Shown here piece after piece: positions 40,593-50,034 of a DNA stretch of 62,764 nt. The notes under the pieces are model-generated. The model was not told the DNA's origin. It ran no database searches and worked only from the letters and a program-made list of their open reading frames with translations. The DNA is from a virus. Lineage: Duplodnaviria > Caudoviricetes. The stretch covers positions 1-62,764 of the IMG/VR virus record IMGVR_UViG_3300020171_000027, one strand, 5' to 3'. Numbering within the stretch: the first letter of the stretch is position 1; each line of letters opens with the position of its first letter. The translations under genes were made by a program, and so were the position numbers.

Positions 40593-40889
40593 ATGAAAAG
40601 AATATCAGACGAAAAATTAAACGAGTTGATTGATAACGAAGGCGAGTTATCATCAGGGGCTATTTCTATAATGGGTGTTTTACGATTAGCTCTTGACCTG
40701 CGAGATGCCCGTGCTACAAAAGAGATACCAGACCAGCTATATATATGCCCTGTTTGTAAAGATAGAATATTAAAACCAGGATGCTGTCATAATCCATATT
40801 GTCATGATCGGCAATATATCTATCCGCCAAAATACGGTATTTGCCATAAATGCGGTGAGGTTACAATATTTTGTAAGTGTGAGAAATGA
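40593..40889 (+). CDS. Cys-rich hypothetical protein
   Basis: GGAGAG RBS before the ATG at 40593. Motifs CPVC, CHNPYC and CHKC. Confidence 0.6.
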   Translation: MKRISDEKLNELIDNEGELSSGAISIMGVLRLALDLRDARATKEIPDQLYICPVCKDRILKPGCCHNPYCHDRQYIYPPKYGICHKCGEVTIFCKCEK

Positions 40890-41347
40890 AAGTCTATTTA
40901 CTTAAAACAATATCAGGCTTAATTCCTTCGGACGCTGAATCTGACGAATGGTTTCATAAGCAAAAAACAGGCTCTGTTATATCGGCTGAAGTTAAGCAAG
41001 TTCGGAACTATGAGTTCCATAAAAAACTGTTTGCATTGTTTAACCTCTCCTTCGGATATTGGGAACCTGGTGAGATTGACTCAAAATATAAGAATCCTGA
41101 GAAGAGTTTTGAACGGTTCAGGAAGGATTTAATAATTCTTGCAGGCTACTATAAAACAGAAATTAGATTAGATGGTTCGGTAAGGGTTGAAGCTGAATCA
41201 ATATCGTTTGCTTCAATGGATGCCAATACGTTTGAAAAACTCTATCAGAATGTTTTAACTGTAATAATGAAACGAATACCAGTGCTTGATAAAATGACTA
41301 AAGAAGAGATTGACGATTTGGTTAATAAATTTCTGGCCTTCGCATAA
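40886..41347 (+). CDS. DUF1367 family protein
   Basis: RNYEFHKKLFALF...FERFRKDLIILAGYY...SISFASMD. Confidence 0.85.
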   Translation: MKVYLLKTISGLIPSDAESDEWFHKQKTGSVISAEVKQVRNYEFHKKLFALFNLSFGYWEPGEIDSKYKNPEKSFERFRKDLIILAGYYKTEIRLDGSVRVEAESISFASMDANTFEKLYQNVLTVIMKRIPVLDKMTKEEIDDLVNKFLAFA

Positions 41348-41616
41348 TGCCACCACATGAAAAGATGAAAATATACCGGTCAGTAAAATACTTGAAATGG
41401 ATACGATCAAGACCTTGTATTATATGCAGGAGGCCGTCTCAGGCACACCACGTTCGACGATCTTATTGGGGGAGTGGTATAGGTATCAAACCTCACGACT
41501 ATGTTACGATACCGTTTTGTATTGAATGTCATTCGCCAGATACCGAAAAAGATTTGAATGTAGAGTTGATAATAATTAATTTACTTATGGAATACATAGA
41601 AGGGTTAAAGAAATGA
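41347..41616 (+). CDS. DUF968-like HNH-type Zn-finger protein
   Basis: YLKWIRSRPCIIC...AHH...GIGIKPHD...IPFCIECH. Confidence 0.8.
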   Translation: MPPHEKMKIYRSVKYLKWIRSRPCIICRRPSQAHHVRRSYWGSGIGIKPHDYVTIPFCIECHSPDTEKDLNVELIIINLLMEYIEGLKK

Positions 41617-41898
41617 AGCTCATAATAAAAAAAGATAAAAACCGATCGATATTTCACTGGATACCGTCCATTGTAACAATTAAGTTTCCCAAGGGTGAGT
41701 CGTTAATATTCACTTGGGGATATTATATTTTTGTTTTGAGGGATAAACAATGGAACTAACTAACGACAAACTTCAACTCGCATTTAACGCATGGCTACTG
41801 GACTACCGTTCGTTTGCCTGGGAGGGTTTAGAAGCAGAAGAACGACTGGTTTTAAGCGACTATCACTTTAATAAGTTTATGAAGGAGGTTGAGGAATT

Positions 41899-42147
41899 AT
41901 GAAACTAAATAAACCAAGGATTTCAATAAATGATGATTACGCCGTTCTAAGCACTAAAAATGCCAGTTTCTACTATGGTTATGAGGTTAAAATCAACGAA
42001 ATGTGCTGTTTTGAGGCAAAATTTAATGATGAAAAAATTACCATACCATTTGCAAAGCTGGGAGTTGAAGACGAATGGGATGTGGTTGAATGCCTTATGA
42101 TGGGCATTGGATTAATACTTGCTAAATATAAATTAAAGGAAACTTAA
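41899..42147 (+). CDS. Hypothetical protein
   Basis: GAGG RBS, 82 aa. Confidence 0.55.
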   Translation: MKLNKPRISINDDYAVLSTKNASFYYGYEVKINEMCCFEAKFNDEKITIPFAKLGVEDEWDVVECLMMGIGLILAKYKLKET

Positions 42148-42944
42148 AATGGCTAATTTTATACTTTATAGCGATGCAATAAAATATTGTGAGAGATATG
42201 GTTTTAAAGTTCCTGGCAATATCAGCCCTTTTGGTGTTGCCGAGGCCTTATTGCGTGCTTATAAAGCCGGCTCAAAAAAACATAATGTTAAGGCTGGTCG
42301 AATTCTGCCTGAATTTTGTCAAGATTGTAAAGACGAATTTGGGCATCCTGATAATTGTATTGGATGTGATCATGTTTAAACTTAACAATTTCCGTCTGTC
42401 AATGGTGATTTGTGGTTGTGTTGGGGTGGTGATATTGTGTTTGAGTTATTTATTTTAATTATGAAAAAGCCGCAAAAAATACCAGCGAGTATAGTTAGGA
42501 AATGCTTAAGCCATACTACGGAGGTGATGGAATGGAAAACATGGCAATAAATATTGTGATAGATGATTCCGATATGCCACATCATATCTTTGTTGAAATT
42601 GAAACGGATAACGGAGAGTCGATTAACATTGGAACTTGGAGCGGTAGTGATGATGGTTTGAAAAAAATACGAATTACAGCAGCAGATATCATTAATCATA
42701 TAAAAATATGATATATAGAAAAAAATGAAACAAATGAAACTCACGCCAAAAGAAAAAGCTGAGTTAAAAAGAATCAGCAAGTATTTTCTTGAAGCTACGG
42801 AAATTATAGATGATACAGAGTTGAGAGCAATGGTAAGTGTAAAGATATTATCACGGGTAAGTTGTTTAGCTGATAAGCTGGTTAAGAAATGATTAAGCCT
42901 AAAATAATACTTGACAGAAAAAACAACTTATGATAGGAAAAGAT

Positions 42945-43106
42945 ATGAGCATTAAAAAGCTAACCTGCAAAAAATGTAATTATTCTTGGTGGCCTCGTAC
43001 AGACAAGAAACCAAAGTTGTGTCCGGCATGTAAGAGCCGAAAATATGATGAAGATAAAAAAACGGAGGTAAAGCATGAAAGAAGAAATAGTAATAAACGC
43101 ACTTAG
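42945..43106 (+). CDS. 53-aa Zn-ribbon protein, probably leaderless
   Basis: MSIKKLTCKKCNYSWWPRTDKKPKLCPACKSRKY... Its ATG lies 5 nt after a TTGACA-17 bp-TAGGAA promoter (42911-42939). Below the ORF-track size cut-off. Confidence 0.7.
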   Translation: MSIKKLTCKKCNYSWWPRTDKKPKLCPACKSRKYDEDKKTEVKHERRNSNKRT

Positions 43107-43433
43107 AAAGGCACGGATATACATAAACACCGTGCAAACTTGGCATCGACTGCCGGTTACACAAAAACCGGACATGGATACGTTGCTGGACACGTGGACA
43201 GCAGGCGGGGAAGTTGAGGCTATTGACAGTGCGTTACAAGAGTTTGGGATTATAATATAGGAGGTGAAGGATGAAAATAACAATTAAAATAAGCATCACT
43301 GAGGCAAGAGACATCATCAAAGATCATGTTATACAACAAATCCCTATAAATTTTACAGACAAAGAAATATATGTGTCTGGTTCATATGGTGAGTTTACGG
43401 TTGAGATCACGGAAAAAGCTGAGGAGGTGACAG

Positions 43434-44399
43434 ATGGAATTAATCAGGTATAGTATAAACGAGGCAGAGATTGCAAAGATGTCAGATATTTACATGGGGC
43501 TTACCGTCAAAAGCCTTGACGATGAAGAAGGTCTCGCCGCAGTGCATTCAGCAAGGATGGTTATGGTAAAGCACCGGGTTGGAATTGATAAACTTCGTAA
43601 AAGTTCAAACGAAGAAGCACAGGCATTTATCAAGAACAACAACAATAACGCTAAGAAGTTACTTGCTTTGATTGAGCCGATTGAGAATCACCTAAAAAGT
43701 GAAGAGGGAAAGATCGAGGCTGAAAAGGCAAGGATTAAAGAAGAGGCTGATCGACTTGAAAAAGAAAAGATTCAGTCCCGGGTTGATGCCCTATTTGCCG
43801 TAAATGTTATTTTGCCTTTTATGGACGTGGCTATAATGACAGAGAAAGATTTTGAAAATTTGCGACAAAGATCAGAGGGAGCATTTTTTGCTGAAAAAGC
43901 CAGAATCGCAGAAGAGATCAAAGCCCGTGAAGAGGAAGAAGCCAAACTCGTTGCAGAGAGGGCTGAGATAGAGCGTATTCGTTCCGAGCAGGAAGCCATA
44001 GCAAGGGCACAGACAGAAAGAGAAGAGGCTTTAAAAGCGCAAGAGAAGGACATTGAAGATGCCAAACGTGCCGAAACTGCGAGAAAAGAACTTGAAGCTC
44101 TTGAAAAACGACTTGCCACAGAAGCTAAGATTCAGGCTGAAGCCGATGCCAAAGCAAAGATTGAAAGAGAAGCCAGAGAGAAAAAAGAAAAAGATGAGGC
44201 TGAAGCCGCTGAGAAAGCAAGGCAGTTAGAACTTGCCCCGGACAAAGAGAAGTTACTTTTGTTCGCTGATAAAATTCAAACCTTAACTGAAGGCAATCTT
44301 AGCTTAAAATCAAAAAAAGCCAAGAGAGTGTTCAGCGATACTTTAAAAGCTATTTTGGGAGCTGCTGAATATATCCGCATAGAAACAAAAAAGCTATAA
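43434..44399 (+). CDS. Long coiled-coil protein of the recombination module
   Basis: E/K/A/R-rich 321 aa ending in LAPDKEKL, upstream of ERF. Confidence 0.75.
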   Translation: MELIRYSINEAEIAKMSDIYMGLTVKSLDDEEGLAAVHSARMVMVKHRVGIDKLRKSSNEEAQAFIKNNNNNAKKLLALIEPIENHLKSEEGKIEAEKARIKEEADRLEKEKIQSRVDALFAVNVILPFMDVAIMTEKDFENLRQRSEGAFFAEKARIAEEIKAREEEEAKLVAERAEIERIRSEQEAIARAQTEREEALKAQEKDIEDAKRAETARKELEALEKRLATEAKIQAEADAKAKIEREAREKKEKDEAEAAEKARQLELAPDKEKLLLFADKIQTLTEGNLSLKSKKAKRVFSDTLKAILGAAEYIRIETKKL

Positions 44400-44414
44400 T
44401 GTTTATGGAGGTAA

Positions 44415-45221
44415 ATGATGACTGAAGAACTTACAAAAGAATTAAAGATAGTTGACAAGAGGGTAGGTTTTAATGAAGCCCAGAACCTTCCAACAGCTCC
44501 GACCGATGTTATCATGGCTGCCATACAAAAGGGATATACGCCTGAGTTTATTGAACGAATGATGTCGCTACAAGAAAGGTTTGAGGCGAATGAGGCCCGG
44601 AAGGCATATACTAAGTCAATGTCAAAGTTTAAGGCTAACCCTCCTGAAATTCTTAAAACCAAGCATGTTTCATATCAAAATAGCAAAGGGCAAACAGTAG
44701 AATGGGATCATGCAGTTCTCGGAGAAATTACAGAAGCAATCATTAAAGGTCTATCTGAATACGGATTTTATCACAGATGGGATACAGCCCAACCTGATAA
44801 TTCAAAAGTTGTAACCACATGTATAATCACACATGAACTTGGTCATAGCGAAAGCACTTCGATGTCAGGGCCACCCGACACAAGTGGGGGCAAAGACGCA
44901 TTAAAATCGGTATCATCCACAAATACTTTATTACAAAGGCTAACATTGCTTGCATTGACAGGTCTTGCAGCTAAAGGAATAGATAATGAGAGTCCTGGAG
45001 ATGATAAAATAAGTCTTCTCGAACAATGGGAGATTAAATTAGATGAGGCCGGAGCCGCTGCGAAGTCGGTAGATGAAATAGCAACTTGGTGGAAAAACAA
45101 TTCTTCTACTATCAAGAAAGAACTCTCAAAAGCTGATGCTGCAAAGATATATGAGAAGGTGAAGGTCTATAGTAAAAAGGTAGCTGTGCCTGAGAGGAAA
45201 CCCGGGTCTGATGATAATTAA
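44415..45221 (+). CDS. ERF-family single-strand annealing protein
   Basis: EANEARKAYTKSMSKF, VTTCIITHELGHSE, and SSTNTLLQRLTLLALTGLA. Confidence 0.85.
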   Translation: MMTEELTKELKIVDKRVGFNEAQNLPTAPTDVIMAAIQKGYTPEFIERMMSLQERFEANEARKAYTKSMSKFKANPPEILKTKHVSYQNSKGQTVEWDHAVLGEITEAIIKGLSEYGFYHRWDTAQPDNSKVVTTCIITHELGHSESTSMSGPPDTSGGKDALKSVSSTNTLLQRLTLLALTGLAAKGIDNESPGDDKISLLEQWEIKLDEAGAAAKSVDEIATWWKNNSSTIKKELSKADAAKIYEKVKVYSKKVAVPERKPGSDDN

Positions 45222-45233
45222 GTGGAGGTCTAA

Positions 45234-45845
45234 ATGTCAATTATAATTGATTGCATTCAGGGAGATGAGACTTGGAAAAAATGCAGACTCGGACGACCCA
45301 CCGCATCGAATTTTGGCCGAATATTGACAGCTACAGGAAAAGTATCTGAAAGCCGAACAGCATATATGATAGAGCTTGCGTGTGAGTTTGTATCAGGCAG
45401 AAGTGAAGAAAACTATACATCTTATAGAATGAAAGAAGGCAGCCGACTTGAAGAAGAATCGTGCCAAGTCTTTGCCATGAACCACGAAAACCTTGATGTC
45501 CGTAAAGTTGGGTTTGTTTTCAAAGATGAGCGTAAGCTTTGTGGATGTTCGCCGGATAGGTTGGTTGATGATAATGGAATTTTTGAAACGAAAGATGCAA
45601 AATTCACAATTCAATATGATAGACTTAAAAAAGGCACGATGGTTACACAACATATTCCACAAGTACAGGGTGAAATTTACTGTTGCGAAAGGGAGTATGG
45701 TTTTTTTCAAAGCTATTGTTCCGGGCTCCCAGAGTTATGCATCAAAGTTTACCGTGATGAAAAGTACATATCACAGCTCGGAGAGGAGATTGAGAAATTT
45801 AATTATGAGCTGGCAATCTTAGTAAACAAATTAAAGGCAATGTAA
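45234..45845 (+). CDS. YqaJ/lambda-exonuclease family protein
   Basis: QGDETWKKCRLGRPTAS, GCSPDRLV, ETK and PQVQG. Confidence 0.9.
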   Translation: MSIIIDCIQGDETWKKCRLGRPTASNFGRILTATGKVSESRTAYMIELACEFVSGRSEENYTSYRMKEGSRLEEESCQVFAMNHENLDVRKVGFVFKDERKLCGCSPDRLVDDNGIFETKDAKFTIQYDRLKKGTMVTQHIPQVQGEIYCCEREYGFFQSYCSGLPELCIKVYRDEKYISQLGEEIEKFNYELAILVNKLKAM

Positions 45846-45854
45846 GGAGAATAT

Positions 45855-46289
45855 ATGTCTGATTTAAATCAGTGTAACTTCATAGGCAGGGTTGGCAAAG
45901 ACCCTGAAATCAAATACACACAAGATGGAACAGCCATAGCTAACTTTTCAATAGCTTGTGGAGAGTCCTGGAAAGACAAGGCAGGCAATAAACAAGAAAA
46001 GACGAGTTGGGTTCGCTGCGTCGCTTGGCGTAAATTAGCTGAGATTATTGGTGAGTACGTCCACAAGGGTCAGCAGATTTTCGTATCCGGCAAATTCACC
46101 ACAAGAGAATGGGAGAAAGACGGAATTAAGCGATACATGAGCGAGATAGTTGTTAGCGATATGCAGATGTTAGGTAGCAAATCAGATTCACAAGCCAAGT
46201 CAAAGCCAGAGCCAGAGCAGAGCCAACAACCATCAGCGGATGAGCAGAAAGCATATGGTGCTGGAGACGACGATCAAATTCCCTTTTAA
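45855..46289 (+). CDS. ssb: Single-stranded DNA-binding protein
   Basis: NQCNFIGRVGKDPE OB fold and acidic DDDQIPF tail. Confidence 0.96.
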   Translation: MSDLNQCNFIGRVGKDPEIKYTQDGTAIANFSIACGESWKDKAGNKQEKTSWVRCVAWRKLAEIIGEYVHKGQQIFVSGKFTTREWEKDGIKRYMSEIVVSDMQMLGSKSDSQAKSKPEPEQSQQPSADEQKAYGAGDDDQIPF

Positions 46290-46631
46290 TATTTACAATA
46301 AATGCAAGAGGTTATGATTATGAACGATGATTATAAATATGAAACAGAGCGTTATGATGATATCAATTTAGATGTCGATGACTACACAACCAGAATAGTC
46401 AAATCATTCTATCAAATTGTAGGATTAGTAGATAATATAAATGTATATAAGCGAAGAGCTGAAGAATATCCTGCTGTTATTTCAAAAAAACACGCTAACG
46501 GAGTACAATCGTTTTTGGAGAATGTAGGAGATAACCTTCAGGATTATGAATCTTTATTTAACGAAATGGACGAATAATATCAGGGCAAATTGGCATGTTA
46601 ATTCATGGTTATACAACAAAAGGAGGTTACA

Positions 46632-47009
46632 ATGGATTTAACTGCAAAAAATGTGACAGACATCTTTATGGACTGCTTATTTAGAGATGGTGAAGATACA
46701 TCAAACCCTGTAATAGCCGAAGGAATTACGTCAAAGTTCGGTTTTCATAAGGAGCGACTAAAATCGCACATAGATGATATTGCAAACATGCTTTCTCAAT
46801 TACCGAAAGAGTTTCAAAAAGAGTCCGGTGGAGGAATGTCATTTTTAAACGCCTGTAATAATTTCAATGGTGAACAATGGACTGGACTACATGAAGTAAT
46901 GGAACAACTTTTTGCAGTTGGATTGGCATCTGGAAAGGCTCAGTGTTTAATGCCACGTAACATGTGGGCTGTCTTGCCTGGCGGAATGCCGTATTACGTT
47001 GTTGTATAA
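46632..47009 (+). CDS. Conserved phage hypothetical protein (cassette B1)
   Basis: AGGAGG RBS. Motifs GGGMSFLNAC, GEQWTG and LPGGMPYY. The stop TAA lies in the inverse core site. Confidence 0.8.
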   Translation: MDLTAKNVTDIFMDCLFRDGEDTSNPVIAEGITSKFGFHKERLKSHIDDIANMLSQLPKEFQKESGGGMSFLNACNNFNGEQWTGLHEVMEQLFAVGLASGKAQCLMPRNMWAVLPGGMPYYVVV

Positions 47010-47122
47010 CACACAGATGCAGCGGATTGAGGATTTATAACACACCACTGGAACCAACCAAAGAAGGCCGTGCCGTTTAGCATAGGCATCACTTGCCGCA
47101 ACTGATTACGATGTTATACTAC

Positions 47123-47416
47123 ATGAAATATAGAACACAGTACATAAAGAAAAACTGGAAATTGATAATACATTTATTGCTTGGGACATATTATTTCGGA
47201 GTAAACAATCAATGGTGGGTAGATTTTCCTTCCATGTTTGGAAAACCTTGGTATTTAAAAATTAATCCTTTCCAGATAAGGAGAAATTATAAAGGTATGG
47301 AATTCAGAGCAGTGGCCTGTTATTTTGTTGCAAAACCTTGGCTACTATTTCCTAAACATCCTAAGTATAACCAGCCGCTTGACTCTGACGGCAAAAAGCC
47401 GCCGCAGGTCAGCTAA
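47123..47416 (+). CDS. Hypothetical protein (cassette B2) reading through its attC-like site
   Basis: The C-terminus NQPLDSDGKKPPQVS is the translated attC palindrome. Confidence 0.55.
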   Translation: MKYRTQYIKKNWKLIIHLLLGTYYFGVNNQWWVDFPSMFGKPWYLKINPFQIRRNYKGMEFRAVACYFVAKPWLLFPKHPKYNQPLDSDGKKPPQVS

Positions 47417-47434
47417 ATCGTTAGGAGGCTTTAG

Positions 47435-47671
47435 ATGAAAACAGAATGGGATGTTGCCGATGAAATAATTGAAGAGGCTTATCCTGGATGGAAAAACGTT
47501 CCAAACAGAAGAATTCTACTGAAAAAGACTGAATGGAGCTATAAGGCTATAGAGGATTATTATTGTGGAGAATGTATCCATTTTAAAAATCTACGATGTC
47601 TATATAAAAAAATGAGACTACATCCTATGTCGATAGCTTGTGAGCATTTTAAACAAAACGAGATCATCTAA
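47435..47671 (+). CDS. Small Cys-motif protein
   Basis: Its RBS AGGAGG is supplied by the GTTAGGAGG core site. Motif CGECIHF...C...ACEHF. Confidence 0.6.
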   Translation: MKTEWDVADEIIEEAYPGWKNVPNRRILLKKTEWSYKAIEDYYCGECIHFKNLRCLYKKMRLHPMSIACEHFKQNEII

Positions 47672-47848
47672 TTAAAGGAAGCAATATGAAATCAAAGGTA
47701 GAATTACATGTAAACTTGCATGATGCCTACGCTAAATTATTAAGACTCTGTTTGCTATTAGACTTAGACGCATATTATAAGGATTTGCAAAGAGGCCGGT
47801 TATTTATGTCTAATATGGTAGACCGCTCCGACTATCCCAAAGGACACC

Positions 47849-48313
47849 ATGATAAAAAGAGCAAAGTTTTCAGATGATAGAAAATATCGTTACTCTTTAG
47901 AAAGAATTTGGCTTTGTAGACGGCCCTATGTTTGTTTCGTCTGTTTAAATCCTTCTACGGCTGACGAAAATTTCGAGGATCCTACTATTAGGAGATGTAT
48001 TCGTTTCTCCTCCGATTGGGGTTACGGTGGCCTTGTAATGGTTAATCTGTTTGCTTTTTGTGCAACTAATCCTAAAGACCTCTATAAAGAATCAGAACCT
48101 ATTGGCAATGAAAATGACGATTATTTGCGAAGAATAAGTCTTAATGCTGGCTTGACGATTGCTGCTTGGGGAAACGATGGTAAGCATATGAAACGTGGAG
48201 AAAATGTACTTCGATTGCTAACAAATCCACAATGTTTAATTCGTACAAAAAGCGGCCATCCTGGACATCCATTATTTTTAAAAGCTAACATAAAACCAGT
48301 TCCTTTTTTATAA
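47849..48313 (+). CDS. DUF1643 family protein
   Basis: YRYSLERIW...LNPSTAD...DPTIRRC...NLFA...AAWG...PGHPL. Confidence 0.9.
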   Translation: MIKRAKFSDDRKYRYSLERIWLCRRPYVCFVCLNPSTADENFEDPTIRRCIRFSSDWGYGGLVMVNLFAFCATNPKDLYKESEPIGNENDDYLRRISLNAGLTIAAWGNDGKHMKRGENVLRLLTNPQCLIRTKSGHPGHPLFLKANIKPVPFL

Positions 48314-48384
48314 AGAAAATGATTTATCAGAATTTATCAGGCTGGTAATTAATCGCCGCCGGTGATGGCGAATGTTAGAATGAA

Positions 48385-48855
48385 TTAAGGCTTAACAACC
48401 TGTAACCCATATTTTATCTTATCGTGATTCCTTGATGATATATGTAACCAGCTAACATCATCCTCAATACACGTAATATAGAGATATAATTTTATTTGTT
48501 CTATCGAAAAGGGTTTGCAAGGAAGTTCTTTTATATCCTGTCTTATTTTTTTTGCAGTAGTTTTTAATGGGACTAAATCTAATGCCCTACCAAATTTATG
48601 ATCGCTCAAATACGCACCAACCTTACAATCGAATGGTCTCCAACCCCTGAATTGATGCTTGCCATATTTACGCATTAATTCTAAAGAATACCAAGTATTA
48701 ATTATTATCGGGCCATACATTTCTCTTAAAATATCAGCCGATCTCAAGATTCTGTCGTCAAACATTCGAAAGAGTCTGTTTCCATATCGTTTGTTTTCGG
48801 TATAGAATTGCTCAGGCAAGACTTCTGGTAAGGTAAAGTATCTTGGGATGTACAT
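48385..48855 (-). CDS. Endolysin, peptidase M15 family
   Basis: LREMYGPIIIN...RGWR...SDHKFGRALD...SWLHIS Zn-peptidase motifs, at the end of the late operon. Confidence 0.85.
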   Translation of the reverse strand: MYIPRYFTLPEVLPEQFYTENKRYGNRLFRMFDDRILRSADILREMYGPIIINTWYSLELMRKYGKHQFRGWRPFDCKVGAYLSDHKFGRALDLVPLKTTAKKIRQDIKELPCKPFSIEQIKLYLYITCIEDDVSWLHISSRNHDKIKYGLQVVKP

Positions 48856-48947
48856 TTACATCTCCAGCAATTTTGGGGAAGTGGGAGCCCACTTGGCACA
48901 TAAGCACCACATATTTTACAAATTTTATCTGAATTAACAATATTAAA

Positions 48948-49604
48948 TTATTTCCAATAAAGTTCTTCGGCTTCTTTTCTCGCTATTGCCGCCTCTTCTA
49001 ATGTGTTATAAAGACCTATATAGTATCTTTTATAATTTACTTTAATCTGTACACAATATTTTTTGTTTTTCTTAGCAAAATGGACTCCGCTTACACCAGT
49101 TTTGTTTTTTTTGCTTAATCTTTGATTGCGTCTTTGCGCTGTTCGAGTATCCCAGCAACAATTCTCTTTGAAATATCCCAGTTCGTTATTTTTTCTCTCA
49201 ATGGTCAAACATTCTTCTGATTTTTCTCCCATATCTTCAAGAAAATTCTCAAACTTTAACCAGCGATCACATATAGTAATTCCACGGCCACCATAATGAT
49301 AAAAATTTTTATCTTTTGGATTAGTACATCTTTGTTTTATGTGTCCCCACGCCTCATACGTAGCTGTTTTATGCATTCCGTGTTTTGTAATACTTTCTGT
49401 CCAAAGACAACCACAACTTTTAGTATTACCCCTAAAAAGATTTTTCTTTCCTACAATATGGGTATTCCCACAATCACAGATACATTCAAAATGTAACCTG
49501 CCTTTTATCTTACCAACATCTTTAATTACAGTAAGACGCCCGAACCTATCTCCAGTTTTTATGTTGACTTTTCTTCTGGGATTATTTATAGATACTTTAG
49601 TCAT
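48948..49604 (-). mobile_element. Free-standing HNH-AP2 homing endonuclease in the lysis block
   Basis: CICDCG...KSCGC, YGGRGITICDRW and an AP2 tail. AAGGAGG RBS before MTKV. Confidence 0.85.
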
Positions 49605-49736
49605 GGCAAATTCCTCCTTAATAGGATTTGTTATTGATGAGAAGCAGGCGAAGAACCGATCTTTGTCTGCTTCGTTATTTGTAATAAAGGTTTGTATAGA
49701 AGTCAACATATTATTTCACAAACTTTCTCGACCATT

Positions 49737-50024
49737 TTACAGCTTAGCGCCAAAAATAAACAACTTAACCGCAATATAAAATAAAGAGATAATGCCGGAA
49801 ATAGAAACACCTCTAATAATCCATTTCCAGAAATCTTGCGTTTCTTTCTTGCTTTCGCACATAGCTTTTTTTATGGCTATTATAGTCTCAACCTTTTTTA
49901 ATCTATCATCGCAGACAGTAAACTTCTGATCTATTTTAGTATAAACAGCATTAAAACCAGCGTTCATGAATGAATGTATATTCGATATAGCATCAAGAAC
50001 TTGTTTTTCGCTTTGATTTGTCAT
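49737..50024 (-). CDS. Holin-like protein with C-terminal TM helix
   Basis: Coiled coil followed by a hydrophobic C-terminus, in the lysis block. Confidence 0.5.
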   Translation of the reverse strand: MTNQSEKQVLDAISNIHSFMNAGFNAVYTKIDQKFTVCDDRLKKVETIIAIKKAMCESKKETQDFWKWIIRGVSISGIISLFYIAVKLFIFGAKL

Positions 50025-50034
50025 TGTTTATATC

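Larger units (their letters stand above)
39742..40593 (+). mobile_element. Integron-like cassette array A (attC-like sites, no integrase)
   Basis: Three consecutive units each start with GTTA and end with the reverse complement of that start (14/15, 10/10 and 9/9 bp). They are separated by imperfect palindromes with bulged bases at 40014-40098 and 40255-40382. Confidence 0.8.
46576..47426 (+). mobile_element. Integron-like cassette array B (attC-like sites, no integrase)
   Basis: Has the same 27-bp leader as array A. Cassette ends are GTTATACAACAA/TTGTTGTATAAC and GTTATACT/AGTATAAC, and a compact 62-bp attC-like site lies at 47365-47426. Confidence 0.8.

Noticed and set aside
39742-48384. 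CRISPR array or complete integron
   Set aside because: The repeats are imperfect palindromes separated by gene-sized units, not identical repeats with short spacers. No cas or intI gene was seen.
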